64,000 nucleotides of DNA, taken from Candidatus Magasanikiibacteriota bacterium. Lineage in GTDB: Bacteria; Patescibacteriota; Patescibacteriia; Magasanikbacterales; UBA922. The notes under the pieces are model-generated. The model was not told where the DNA came from, made no database searches, and saw only the letters and a list, made by a program, of their open reading frames with translations. Location of the stretch: contig JACPSK010000001.1 in the NCBI GenBank assembly GCA_016193335.1, forward strand, positions 519,738 to 583,737, in the 5' to 3' direction. A program made the translations under genes and the position numbers. The number at the start of each line of letters is the position of its first letter. Position 1 is the first letter of the stretch. Of this stretch, positions 55,298 through 64,000 are shown piece after piece.

Positions 55298-55618
55298 ATG
55301 AAACCAATGACCAAGCCAAGCAAGCCCCATCTCTGTCATTGTCATATGTGCCAAAGCTGGTCAGGCGCGCCTGTTGTGGGATGGGCAGATTTTCCTTTAT
55401 AATCGCTGAAATATGAAAGCGGCAAGCCGGCTTTATACAGGTCATCCAAAAAGACACAGCGAGGATTTTGCCCAAAATGCGGCAGTACGCTATTCGCGTT
55501 AGATGATGATAGCAAGTATATCTGCATGACCATTACCACGCTTCGCGACAAAAATAAAATCATTCCTGAATTTGAAAGTTTCAAAGAAAATTCGCCTAAA
55601 TGGAATACACGTTTCTGA
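55298..55618 (+). pseudogene. GFA/CENP-V-family (glutathione-dependent formaldehyde-activating-like) gene with in-frame TAA
   Basis: MKPMTKPSKPHLCHCHMCQSWSGAPVVGWADFPL-TAA-SLKYESGKPALYRSSKKTQRGFCPKCGSTLFALDDD... Both zinc-binding Cys clusters of the GFA fold (CxCxxC and FCxxCGS) lie in one frame, split by a stop codon at 55400-55402. Confidence 0.5.
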
Positions 55619-55632
55619 TTCAGAAAAGAAAT

Positions 55633-56250
55633 ATGAAATACATAGATCTTACACACGTATTCAGCGCAGAAATGCCTGTGTATCCCGGAGATCCCAAGCC
55701 GGAAATGACACAAATCGCTTTTGCCGATTCCCAAGGTTATACTGACTTCAGAATCACAAGCAGTATGCATGTGGGGACTCATATGGATGCTCCATTACAT
55801 ATGCTCAAAGACGGGAAAAAACTCTCTGAATACCCGCCAGAACATTTTTTCGGCAAAGGCGTCTTACTTGACGCGCGAGACAAAAAAATTGATCTTGAAC
55901 TCTTGGAAAACAAAACTATCACGAGGGGAGACATTGTTTTTATAATGACCGGATTTTACAAAAAATATTATACGCCAGAATACTACAAACTATATCCTGA
56001 AATTACTGAGGCTTTCGCGCTAAAAATGGCTGAAGAGGGAATAAAAATCATTGGCATCGACACTCCAAGTCCGGATCGTCCGCCTTACCGCATACACAAA
56101 CTACTCATGAAAAATGATATACTTATCATCGAAAACCTCACAAACCTTGAAGAGCTTAGAAGCCACGCGGAATTCGATATTGTTGCCTTGCCTGCAAAAT
56201 TCGATGCAGAAGCGGCTCCGGTAAGAGTCGTGGCTTGCTTAGCCTCATAA
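55633..56250 (+). CDS. Cyclase-family hydrolase (kynurenine formamidase-like)
   Basis: HxGTHxDAPxH metal-binding motif (HVGTHMDAPLHM), and the length and pattern of Pfam cyclase-family proteins. The likely start is MKYIDLTHVF. Confidence 0.75.
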   Translation: MKYIDLTHVFSAEMPVYPGDPKPEMTQIAFADSQGYTDFRITSSMHVGTHMDAPLHMLKDGKKLSEYPPEHFFGKGVLLDARDKKIDLELLENKTITRGDIVFIMTGFYKKYYTPEYYKLYPEITEAFALKMAEEGIKIIGIDTPSPDRPPYRIHKLLMKNDILIIENLTNLEELRSHAEFDIVALPAKFDAEAAPVRVVACLAS

Positions 56251-56283
56251 AATTCTTAGGAGTTTATTCCTACATTAGCCGCT

Positions 56284-56664
56284 ATGGGCACGCTGATTGA
56301 ATTCAATGACACCCTACAACTCACGGCTGAACAAGGTTTCCCCGAAGATATCTTAAATTTGGGAAAACACAACCAAAAGGCCGTAGAGCTGGATGAGATC
56401 AAAAATCTGGTATTTGAATTCAAAAAAAATGGAATCCGTCTCTTTCATCACGCGCCAACTCGCTGTTTTTTGGTTCATAACAAAAACGGTAAATGGATAT
56501 ATTGGGGGCACATAGTAGTTACTGAGCAAAATGTTTCCGGTGATAATAAAAATAATTATCAAACTACGGGAAAATACAAAATCACTAAAATCTATAGTCC
56601 CGAAAGCCAGGCAGAAATAACATCCAGAGAAGCCCGGGATGGGGAGAGTTTTTTTGATGCATAG
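56284..56664 (+). CDS. Hypothetical protein
   Basis: 126-aa ORF with no recognised motif and host-like composition. Confidence 0.4.
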   Translation: MGTLIEFNDTLQLTAEQGFPEDILNLGKHNQKAVELDEIKNLVFEFKKNGIRLFHHAPTRCFLVHNKNGKWIYWGHIVVTEQNVSGDNKNNYQTTGKYKITKIYSPESQAEITSREARDGESFFDA

Positions 56665-56794
56665 AACTGAGATACAGCTAGGAGCTTGCCATGCCTAGAA
56701 AAACTTTCATCCGTCATCTTGACAAAAAAACAAATTTTGCCTATACTTATCGCCACTCTCACCATTATCAAATTAAGCGACAAAATAAACACAT

Positions 56795-57055
56795 ATGCCA
56801 AATCTAAGAAATGCCAGAAAAGCTCTTAAACAAGCGCACAAAAGGACCTTAAAAAATATAAAAGTGAAAGAAGCTTATAAAAAAGCCCTCAAAGAAGCCG
56901 CAAAAGTCCTTGGTTCGGGCGGAGAGCTGGGAGACAAAATAAAGCTTGTCCAAAAAAAATTGGACAAAGCCGCCCAAAAAGGTGTGATAAAAAGAAACAC
57001 TGCGGCCCGAAAACTTTCTCGTCTCATGAAAAAAGCTCATCCCTCAAAAAAATAA
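56795..57055 (+). CDS. rpsT: 30S ribosomal protein S20
   Basis: MPNLRNARKALKQAHKRTLKN...KGVIKRNTAARKLSRL matches the S20 helical pattern. Confidence 0.8.
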   Translation: MPNLRNARKALKQAHKRTLKNIKVKEAYKKALKEAAKVLGSGGELGDKIKLVQKKLDKAAQKGVIKRNTAARKLSRLMKKAHPSKK

Positions 57056-57067
57056 ATCGCTCCGACA

Positions 57068-57099
57068 TAAAACATCCCGCTTATCGGGATGTTTTATTA
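57068..57099. terminator. Bidirectional rho-independent terminator between rpsT(+) and holA(-)
   Basis: ACATCCCG-ctta-TCGGGATGT flanked by an A-run and TTTTATT. Confidence 0.55.
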
Positions 57100-57115
57100 T
57101 AATTCTTACCAAAGA

Positions 57116-58081
57116 TTATCTGGCCGCCACAAAAATATCCAAGAGGAGGGAATGATCCGCCTTTCCAGTTTTAGCCTCTATGTCTATATCAAGCAAACGA
57201 CTGTTCGCCAAACGCAGTTGGTCCAAATTATAGCGTCCGAGAATAGACAAAGTTTTTTTTAAAACGAAAGGATGCAACCCCATTTCCTTTGCGTCTGGTT
57301 TTAAACCGCGGTCCAAAACATCTTTTATTTGCAATAAAATCCTAAATTGCCTTACCAACATGGCAAATACATAAAAAGAATCTTTCCCCATTTTATATTG
57401 TTCCGCGATCATACCAAAAGCCCGACCCTTATCCCCAAGCACTATAGCGTCCACCAAATTAAAGACATTGTCGTCAGCGCTATTGTCCATGAAAAGAACA
57501 AGATCAGATTCTAGAATAGTCTTATCTCCCTTATAAGATACCAACTGATCAATAATACGATCCAGAAACCACATATCCCCCCCCGCGTTGCGCATTATGT
57601 AGGAAAGAGCTTGTTTATCTATATTCCCGCCCCTATTCTTTATCTCCTGCCCAATCCAAATCCCCAGTTCCCTGGCTTCCAAGGGTTTGAAATACTCCTT
57701 ATATTTTTGTCTTTTGAAAAGGTCAAAAAGCGCCAAGGCCTCTTTGCCTTTGAAAGCCTCGATGCTCTCCCAAAAAACCAAGACTGTGCTTTCTGGTATT
57801 GTATCCTGTTTGATTCTGTCCAATAAAATGTTCTGCAAGGTTTTTTCTTTTGACACCAAAAGATTCTTGACAACAACCAAGCGCCGCTCGGACAAAAACG
57901 GCACGGATAAAACTTCCGCGAGAATCCTTTGCGCTTCTTCGGTGATTGCGGAATCCAAAATGCTGACATTGTAACCAAAAGGATCCCTTTCTTTTTTGAA
58001 TTGTCCAATCAGCTTTTTTAGATAAGAAGCGGAACGAAAAGAATCCAAACCATATACAAAAATGACCATAGGCAAAATCAT
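57116..58081 (-). CDS. holA: DNA polymerase III delta subunit
   Basis: Delta N-terminal clamp-loader fold (VIFVYGLDSFRSASYLKKL), 321 aa, C-terminal helical domain. Confidence 0.7.
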   Translation of the reverse strand: MILPMVIFVYGLDSFRSASYLKKLIGQFKKERDPFGYNVSILDSAITEEAQRILAEVLSVPFLSERRLVVVKNLLVSKEKTLQNILLDRIKQDTIPESTVLVFWESIEAFKGKEALALFDLFKRQKYKEYFKPLEARELGIWIGQEIKNRGGNIDKQALSYIMRNAGGDMWFLDRIIDQLVSYKGDKTILESDLVLFMDNSADDNVFNLVDAIVLGDKGRAFGMIAEQYKMGKDSFYVFAMLVRQFRILLQIKDVLDRGLKPDAKEMGLHPFVLKKTLSILGRYNLDQLRLANSRLLDIDIEAKTGKADHSLLLDIFVAAR

Positions 58082-58294
58082 TGTGTCATACCTCAGACAG
58101 ACAAAACTAAAATATCAGAGGCATTGTAATACGCGAGATCAGAGTTCGCAATGTCGCCAGGCGTGGATAAAATAAATTTAAATGTGATATACTTTGACAA
58201 GAAAATCTCGTTTCTCTCCCCAATAACGGGTCTTGGACAGATCAAAACCAAACAATCCCTACTATAAATAACACGACTTTTTGTCTTAATCTAG

Positions 58295-58747
58295 ATGAAT
58301 AGACAGGGCTCTAAATGTACTATGGATAAAGACGACCTGGCACCAAAAATCAATAAGACTCCGGCAAGCGTTCTCAGAGAGCACCTGACTTTTGGACAAC
58401 GAGCTGCGGACCGAACGACCAATCTCTTGGGAAGTTGGCTATTTATCATCGCTTTTGGTGTGATGCTCATGGTCTGGATATCATTAAATTCTTTGGCATG
58501 GATACTCCACTGGGACCCTTATCCTTTTATCCTTTTAAATCTGGCCCTTTCCTGTCTTGCCGCGCTCCAAGCTCCCATTATTATGATGAGCCAAAAAAGA
58601 CAAGAAGAGCGCGACCGGATCACTGCCAAATATGATTACGCAATAAATAGAAAAGCCGAACGAGAGATTCAAAATATACAAAAGGATCTTCAAGAAATTA
58701 AAATCCTTGTAAAATCCACACGACAAACTCCTAAAACGAATAAGTAA
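58295..58747 (+). CDS. DUF1003-family membrane protein
   Basis: WDPYPFILLNLALSCLAALQAPIIMMSQKRQEERDR followed by a KAEREI segment, the DUF1003 consensus. Two TM helices. Confidence 0.6.
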   Translation: MNRQGSKCTMDKDDLAPKINKTPASVLREHLTFGQRAADRTTNLLGSWLFIIAFGVMLMVWISLNSLAWILHWDPYPFILLNLALSCLAALQAPIIMMSQKRQEERDRITAKYDYAINRKAEREIQNIQKDLQEIKILVKSTRQTPKTNK

Positions 58748-58767
58748 CACGAACAAAATCCTTATTT

Positions 58768-60003
58768 ATGAATGATCCCATAAAAACCGATGTGTTGATA
58801 CTGGGCGCTGGAATTGGAGGATACGAAACCTTCAGAAGTCTTTCCGGACTCATGAAAAGAAAGAGGGTTAAGAAAAAAATAACCATTGTCGACAAAAACA
58901 ATTACTTCACATTTATACCCATGCTCCATGAGGTGGCCGCCGGTTCCATAGAACCCACACATTGCGCCGTACCGCTCCGTGAGCTCGTCCATGAAACCAC
59001 TCATGAATTTATTAAGTCAGAAGTGAGGCAAATTGATCCTGATTCGAAAATAGTTGAGACTGGCCGGGGACCGATTGCCTATGATTATTGCGTGGTAGCG
59101 CTCGGCAGCGGCACCAATTATTTTAATATACCGGGTGCGGCAAAGTACAGCCACCACGTTCGAGATTTAAACGCGGCCATGGCTTTGCATAATAAAGTCA
59201 TCAGCCTTCTCGAAGACCCTTCGGCAAAAAAGGTAGATATTGTCGTTGCAGGGGGAGGCTATACCGGAGTGGAAATAGCCGGACAATTTTATGATCTGTC
59301 TTATAAAGACGCGCGCCTTCTGTACCCCCATATACGCATAAACATCTCAATAATAGAATCCAGAGAGCTCTTGCTCAAGTTTATGCCTGATAAAGTTAGA
59401 AAAAAAATAACCCAGCGCTTCAAAAATCAAGGAATCAATATATATCTCAATTCCAAAGTTAAAGAAGTATACAAAGACCGCGTGCTTTTGGAAGATGGGA
59501 AACAAATACCAAGCGACATAACTATCTGGACCACGGGATTCGAGAATATCGCCAGCCGTTTTCTGCCAGAATTATACGTGGAAAACGGACGTATACCTGT
59601 CCTAAAATCTCTCAACCACGCAAAAGCCGATTCTTTATATGCCGTGGGAGATATTATGTTTAGAAAAAATCCACAATCTGATATTCCTTACCCACAGCTT
59701 GCCGAGGCGGCCCACAAAGAAGGAGAATATGTGGCCCGCCATATAGCGGCTCGATTGTCCGGAGAAAAATTCACCAAACCATTCATTTTTAAGGCAAAAG
59801 GGACTCTCATGCCCATAGGGGATTGGTATGGCGTAATGGTTGTGGGACCTTTTGTATTGTTCGGCCGCCTCGCTTGGTGGATCCGAAGGACTGTATATTT
59901 GCTCTTTATGCCCGGTTTGATCAGAAAAATAAAGATAGCGCTTGACTGGACTCTGCACAGCTTCGGTTTCAGATATATAATTGAAATGAACCCAAAAAAA
60001 TAA
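58768..60003 (+). CDS. ndh: Type II NADH dehydrogenase (NDH-2) / FAD-dependent pyridine nucleotide-disulfide oxidoreductase
   Basis: Two GxGxxG dinucleotide folds (VLILGAGIGGYE; VVAGGGYTGVEIAG) and a C-terminal membrane-anchor helix. Confidence 0.7.
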   Translation: MNDPIKTDVLILGAGIGGYETFRSLSGLMKRKRVKKKITIVDKNNYFTFIPMLHEVAAGSIEPTHCAVPLRELVHETTHEFIKSEVRQIDPDSKIVETGRGPIAYDYCVVALGSGTNYFNIPGAAKYSHHVRDLNAAMALHNKVISLLEDPSAKKVDIVVAGGGYTGVEIAGQFYDLSYKDARLLYPHIRINISIIESRELLLKFMPDKVRKKITQRFKNQGINIYLNSKVKEVYKDRVLLEDGKQIPSDITIWTTGFENIASRFLPELYVENGRIPVLKSLNHAKADSLYAVGDIMFRKNPQSDIPYPQLAEAAHKEGEYVARHIAARLSGEKFTKPFIFKAKGTLMPIGDWYGVMVVGPFVLFGRLAWWIRRTVYLLFMPGLIRKIKIALDWTLHSFGFRYIIEMNPKK

Positions 60004-60006
60004 AAC

Positions 60007-62754
60007 TCATTTCAAATCCCCCCAGCGCTCTCCAATGCTTACATGGACTTCTATCGGCACGCGGAGTTCCACCACTTCTTCCATTTCTTTTTTCAAAAGT
60101 TCAGCAAGCGCCTTTTCTCTGCCTTTTTTGACTTCCAATACCAATTCATCGTGAACCTGGAGGATCATTCTGATTTCTTTCCCTTGTTCTTTTCCAAAAT
60201 TTCTTTTTATGGATGTATCCACGGCTATCATGGCCATTTTCATGACATCAGCCGCTGTCCCCTGGATAGGCATATTTACGGCCATTCGTTCGGCCGCGCT
60301 TCGAAGTTGATAATTGTTTGCTCGAAGTTCAGGAATATATCTGCGTCTCCCGAATAGCGTTTCCACATAGCCTGTTTTCTTAGCTGTTTCCAAGGTGTCA
60401 TCAATATATGCTTTCACTCCGCTGAATTCTTCAAAATATTTGTCTATAAACTCTTTTGCCTGCCATTGAGGTATCCCCGCCCTCCAAGACAAACCATATA
60501 CCCCCATTCCATACAAAACCCCAAAGTTTACTTCTTTCGCCGCATAACGCATTTGTTTTGTTACTTGTTCGGGCGATACTCCATTTATGGCCGCGGCGGT
60601 CGCTGTATGGATATCCTCACCTCGCTCAAAAATATCCAACATCTTCTTATCTTCAGCGAGAGAAGCTACTATCCGAAGCTCAATTTGCGAATAATCCGCG
60701 GCAAGAAGCAGATTACCCGGTTCTGCCACAAAAGCGTCCCGTATCTTTTTCCCGAGTTCTGTTCTAATGGGAATATTTTGTAAATTTGGGTCAGAACTCG
60801 AAAGTCGCCCTGTGCTCGCGACGGTCTGGTTGAATGTGCTGTGTATCCGTCCGCTTACCTTGTTTACGAGTCCTGGCAAAACATCAGTATAAGTATTCTG
60901 TAATTTTGAAAGTTCTCTGTATTCTTCTATCAGGGTTATAATCGGGCTCTCTTCCCTCAGCTTCTCCAGCTCAGAAGACGCCGTGGAATATCCTGTCTTC
61001 CCTTTCTTTATATTTTGGGTCGGCAAATCCATTTTCTCAAAAAGAATCTCACGCAATTGCACTGAAGAAGCTATATTAAATTCCTGGCCGGCTTCTTTCC
61101 AAATTTTTTTGGTAAGCGCCTTGATGTTTTCGTGAGCTTCAGACGACAACACATTCAAAACCGCGCTATCCACAGCTATGCCATTGAGCTCCATTCGAGC
61201 CAAAACAGAGATAAGTGGCATCTCCAGTTGAGAAAAAAGCCCCAAATTGTCATCTTTTTCCAAGCGCTTTGTTTGCGCCTCTTTAATTTTAAAAATATGC
61301 TCTCCATACCCGGCCAATGTCGAGGAATCCAATCCAAATAAGTTCCCCTGTCCGACTTTCTCTGCAAGTTCCAATCCGAGCTCCCTCAATGCAATGCTCG
61401 GCAAATCATGGGTCCTCGCACTTGAATTAATAATATAAGAAGCCACCATAACATCAAAAAGGCCCAATTCAGGCTCGATATCATACATATTTAGAGCCTT
61501 AATAAGCTGCTTCAAATCATGACCAAGCAATATTCTATCTTTATTTTTTTTAAATATGCTTTCTACATCAGAATGAGCCTGATATTTTCTGGTGCCTGAA
61601 CGCGAATCCCAAAACAACTCAAGGAACCAAGATTCCTTTCCCGTACCAAAAACCAAACCTCTCAATTTGGATTGAAATATATCCGGACCTGTCAAAATTT
61701 CCTTACAATAAAAAAAGGCCTGCTTCTCCAGTATGGCGGCCAACTCAGCCGCTCGGTCAGCAGACCAAGTCTGCATTTTTGTTTCCTTCTCTTGAAGCCC
61801 GGCTTTGACTTTATTTTTCGCGTCTTTTTTCAAAAGAGTGCTAGATCCAGCGTTCGGAAGTCGTGTCAACAATGAATAAAATTCAAACTTCTTTAATATG
61901 TCCTTTACTTCTTTACTGTCGTAAGGACTCACTCTGCAATTTTTTAGAGAAAATGTAATTCCTCCTACATCTGTTTTGATACGAGCCAAACGCTGGCTGA
62001 GCAGAGCATCTTTTTTCCCTTGATTCAGTTTATCTATAACGGATTTTTTTATTTTAAAATCCTCCAGTTTCTTTATATGTTTATAAATTTCCTCTATCCC
62101 TCCTATCTTCTCTATGAGTTCTGTGGCTGTTTTTGTGCCTATCCCAGCAATCCCGGGGATATTATCGGAACTATCACCCATTAAAGCCTTAAAGTCCACA
62201 ATATGCTCTGGTCCGAAACCGAAACGTTTCGTCACCGCGTTTTCATCATATAATTCATACTCAGAAATTCCTTTCTTCAGCAAATAAACTTCAGTATGCC
62301 CGTCATCCGCCAACTGCAGCATGTCTTTGTCGCCAGAAACAATGACGCAGGTAATTTTTCTGTTTTTCTGATTTTTAATCTTTCTTGCGACAGTGCCAAT
62401 GACATCATCGGCTTCATAGCCTTGTTTAGTATAAATAGGAATTTGAAAAGCCTGCACTATTTGGTATGTTAAAGGAATCTGGTCATACAAGTCTTGATCG
62501 GCCCTTACCCTTGTTGCCTTATAGTCCTTGTATAAATCATCACGAAAAGTTCCTCCATCTACGTCAAAACTTACCGCCAAATAATTGGGCTTTATCTCAT
62601 TGAGCACCTTCAAAAGCATGGCTGTAAATCCATACACCGCGTTTATAGGACTGCCATCTTTTGCCGTAAGCGGAGGCAAGGCATGATAAGCTCGGTGAAT
62701 TATCGCATTTCCATCTATAATTACAAAAATTTCCTTTTTCGCATTTACATTCAT
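60007..62754 (-). CDS. polA: DNA polymerase I
   Basis: 5'-3' exonuclease N-domain (FVIIDGNAIIHRAYHA), polymerase motif A DYSQIELRI, motif B RRYAAKEVNFGVLYGMG, and motif C VHDELVLEV. Confidence 0.9.
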   Translation of the reverse strand: MNVNAKKEIFVIIDGNAIIHRAYHALPPLTAKDGSPINAVYGFTAMLLKVLNEIKPNYLAVSFDVDGGTFRDDLYKDYKATRVRADQDLYDQIPLTYQIVQAFQIPIYTKQGYEADDVIGTVARKIKNQKNRKITCVIVSGDKDMLQLADDGHTEVYLLKKGISEYELYDENAVTKRFGFGPEHIVDFKALMGDSSDNIPGIAGIGTKTATELIEKIGGIEEIYKHIKKLEDFKIKKSVIDKLNQGKKDALLSQRLARIKTDVGGITFSLKNCRVSPYDSKEVKDILKKFEFYSLLTRLPNAGSSTLLKKDAKNKVKAGLQEKETKMQTWSADRAAELAAILEKQAFFYCKEILTGPDIFQSKLRGLVFGTGKESWFLELFWDSRSGTRKYQAHSDVESIFKKNKDRILLGHDLKQLIKALNMYDIEPELGLFDVMVASYIINSSARTHDLPSIALRELGLELAEKVGQGNLFGLDSSTLAGYGEHIFKIKEAQTKRLEKDDNLGLFSQLEMPLISVLARMELNGIAVDSAVLNVLSSEAHENIKALTKKIWKEAGQEFNIASSVQLREILFEKMDLPTQNIKKGKTGYSTASSELEKLREESPIITLIEEYRELSKLQNTYTDVLPGLVNKVSGRIHSTFNQTVASTGRLSSSDPNLQNIPIRTELGKKIRDAFVAEPGNLLLAADYSQIELRIVASLAEDKKMLDIFERGEDIHTATAAAINGVSPEQVTKQMRYAAKEVNFGVLYGMGVYGLSWRAGIPQWQAKEFIDKYFEEFSGVKAYIDDTLETAKKTGYVETLFGRRRYIPELRANNYQLRSAAERMAVNMPIQGTAADVMKMAMIAVDTSIKRNFGKEQGKEIRMILQVHDELVLEVKKGREKALAELLKKEMEEVVELRVPIEVHVSIGERWGDLK

Positions 62755-62966
62755 ATTTTATTATTGTAACACGAGGTCTTACGAAACCGCCAGCCTCCAA
62801 CTTCAAATTCAAGGGCAGACAACTCTATATTTCTGCGTAAAGCCAAATAAGTTCTGGACTTCATTTTATAAAAAAAATCCCCATAGAGGGGGTTTAATCT
62901 GCTGAGAATTGTTACAAGACCTTTGCGAAGAATTTAATCGAATATTCTTTAAAAACTGAATTTCAC

Positions 62967-63569
62967 TCAGGTGAAAAAATGTTCAATATTGCCGCGCTGA
63001 TTTAACATTCTCCTCGCGTCTTCCATTTCCTTTCTTAACGCGTCCTTTCCTTGAACTCTATCAGACAAAAAATTTAGTTCCTCCAGCCACCCATTTATTT
63101 TCGCAGCGAGTTCTTTTGACGCTCTCGCGTCATTAGATTTTGAACGCTCAAACAACACATTGAATTCCCTCTTCATTCTGTCAAAAGTATTTGAGTCTCT
63201 GGCTAAGGCAGGATCAACTTCCTGAACGTTTTTCTCTCTTCCCTCCGGCGGTCTTGTCTGCTCTTTCGCCAAACGTTCTTCTCTTTTTTGAGATCTCAAA
63301 TCCGCCAAATCTGCCAGCATGTTGTCCAGAGCTGACCCAGCGTCCGCGCGTCCTTCATTCGCGCTAGCGGCCAAATAAGCTTCTATTTCAGATATCTGAC
63401 TCTCAGTTAGATCATTAAGACCTCCACTGTTATAAGATCTCTGTAAATCCTTTAAAGCCTGAGAAAAACCATTGTTTGATTCTGCGGATCTTCTAAATTC
63501 AAACAAAGCTCGGTTGCTTTCAACTCTCCGACCCAAAGCTCTGTTCTGATCCGGTGAATTCAAGTTCAT
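62967..63569 (-). CDS. Hypothetical charged coiled-coil protein
   Basis: 200-aa ORF that is E/R/K-rich, with no motif recognised. Confidence 0.4.
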   Translation of the reverse strand: MNLNSPDQNRALGRRVESNRALFEFRRSAESNNGFSQALKDLQRSYNSGGLNDLTESQISEIEAYLAASANEGRADAGSALDNMLADLADLRSQKREERLAKEQTRPPEGREKNVQEVDPALARDSNTFDRMKREFNVLFERSKSNDARASKELAAKINGWLEELNFLSDRVQGKDALRKEMEDARRMLNQRGNIEHFFT

Positions 63570-63678
63570 AATAATAAAATTATAGCATCTTTTGATCCTT
63601 TTGTCAATCAGATTTTCTTGACATTTTAGCCTATATAAGCCATAATGCGCAGACTTTTAATAAAAAATACCAAATTAT

Positions 63679-64000
63679 GTGACCCACACCATACAGAAGA
63701 CCCCAGGCTCTCAGGTAGAAATCAGTATCACCGTTGAACGGGAGGAATACAAAAAACACATGGAGCGGGCGGCTCTCCGGATTTCCAACCGAATTTCTGT
63801 GAAAGGCTTCCGAAAAGGAAAAACTCCCTATAATATTATCAAAAAAGAAGTCGGCGAAATGAACATTCTAAATGAAGCGCTCGAATCTATAGTTCAAGAG
63901 ACATTTTACAAGGTGGCAACGGAAGAAAACTTAGACACCATAGGCATGCCACAGATAGAGATTGAAAAAATGGCTCCGGGCAATGAACTTATATACAAAG
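63679..64000 (+). CDS. tig: Trigger factor (N-terminal part; continues beyond window)
   Basis: GTG start, then ...VKGFRKGKTPYNIIKKEVG (the ribosome-binding signature GFRxGxxP). The frame is still open at the window end. Confidence 0.6.
   Translation, partial: MTHTIQKTPGSQVEISITVEREEYKKHMERAALRISNRISVKGFRKGKTPYNIIKKEVGEMNILNEALESIVQETFYKVATEENLDTIGMPQIEIEKMAPGNELIYK

Noticed and set aside
55342-55782. 146-aa ORF on the minus strand
   Set aside because: It lies antisense to the GFA-like pseudogene and the start of the cyclase gene, and both of those have recognisable motifs on the plus strand.

Overview
The window is an AT-rich (~40% GC) segment that looks like a CPR/Patescibacteria-type genome, with three tRNAs, many conserved housekeeping genes, and several accessory features that stand out. 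Conserved core genes include rarA, an SPFH protein, galU, the rpsF-ssb-rpsR operon, ychF, rmuC, rpsT, holA, NDH-2, polA and the start of tig. The tRNAs are tRNA-His(GUG) with an encoded G-1, tRNA-Ala(GGC) with the G3:U70 identity pair, and tRNA-Arg(CCU). The accessory features are: (1) a 1947-aa Gly/Thr-rich surface protein followed by a RimK-like ligase and a GT-C plus GT2 glycosyltransferase pair; (2) a complete ~1.15-kb IS element with terminal inverted repeats and a 9-bp target-site duplication that splits a CDP-alcohol phosphatidyltransferase gene exactly inside its catalytic motif; (3) an array of 11 tandem TrbC/VirB2-like pilin paralogs with hypervariable, often Cys-rich ectodomains, interrupted by one orphan solute-binding protein; (4) a dispersed family of composite palindromic (MITE/REP-like) intergenic repeats at six or more loci, several between the pilin genes; (5) a type IV pilus locus (three minor pilins plus pilB-C-M-N-O) split around the rpsF-ssb-rpsR operon; (6) several GC-rich (~60%) islands in the AT-rich background, namely one carrying an MFS transporter, two carrying small unknown ORFs, and a ~1-kb GC-rich block with no ORF that has a promoter-like site, a perfect palindrome and a terminator; (7) a large secreted acidic low-complexity protein with tandem DNA repeats. 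All calls rest on motif-level reading of the supplied translations and sequence; no database search was possible.
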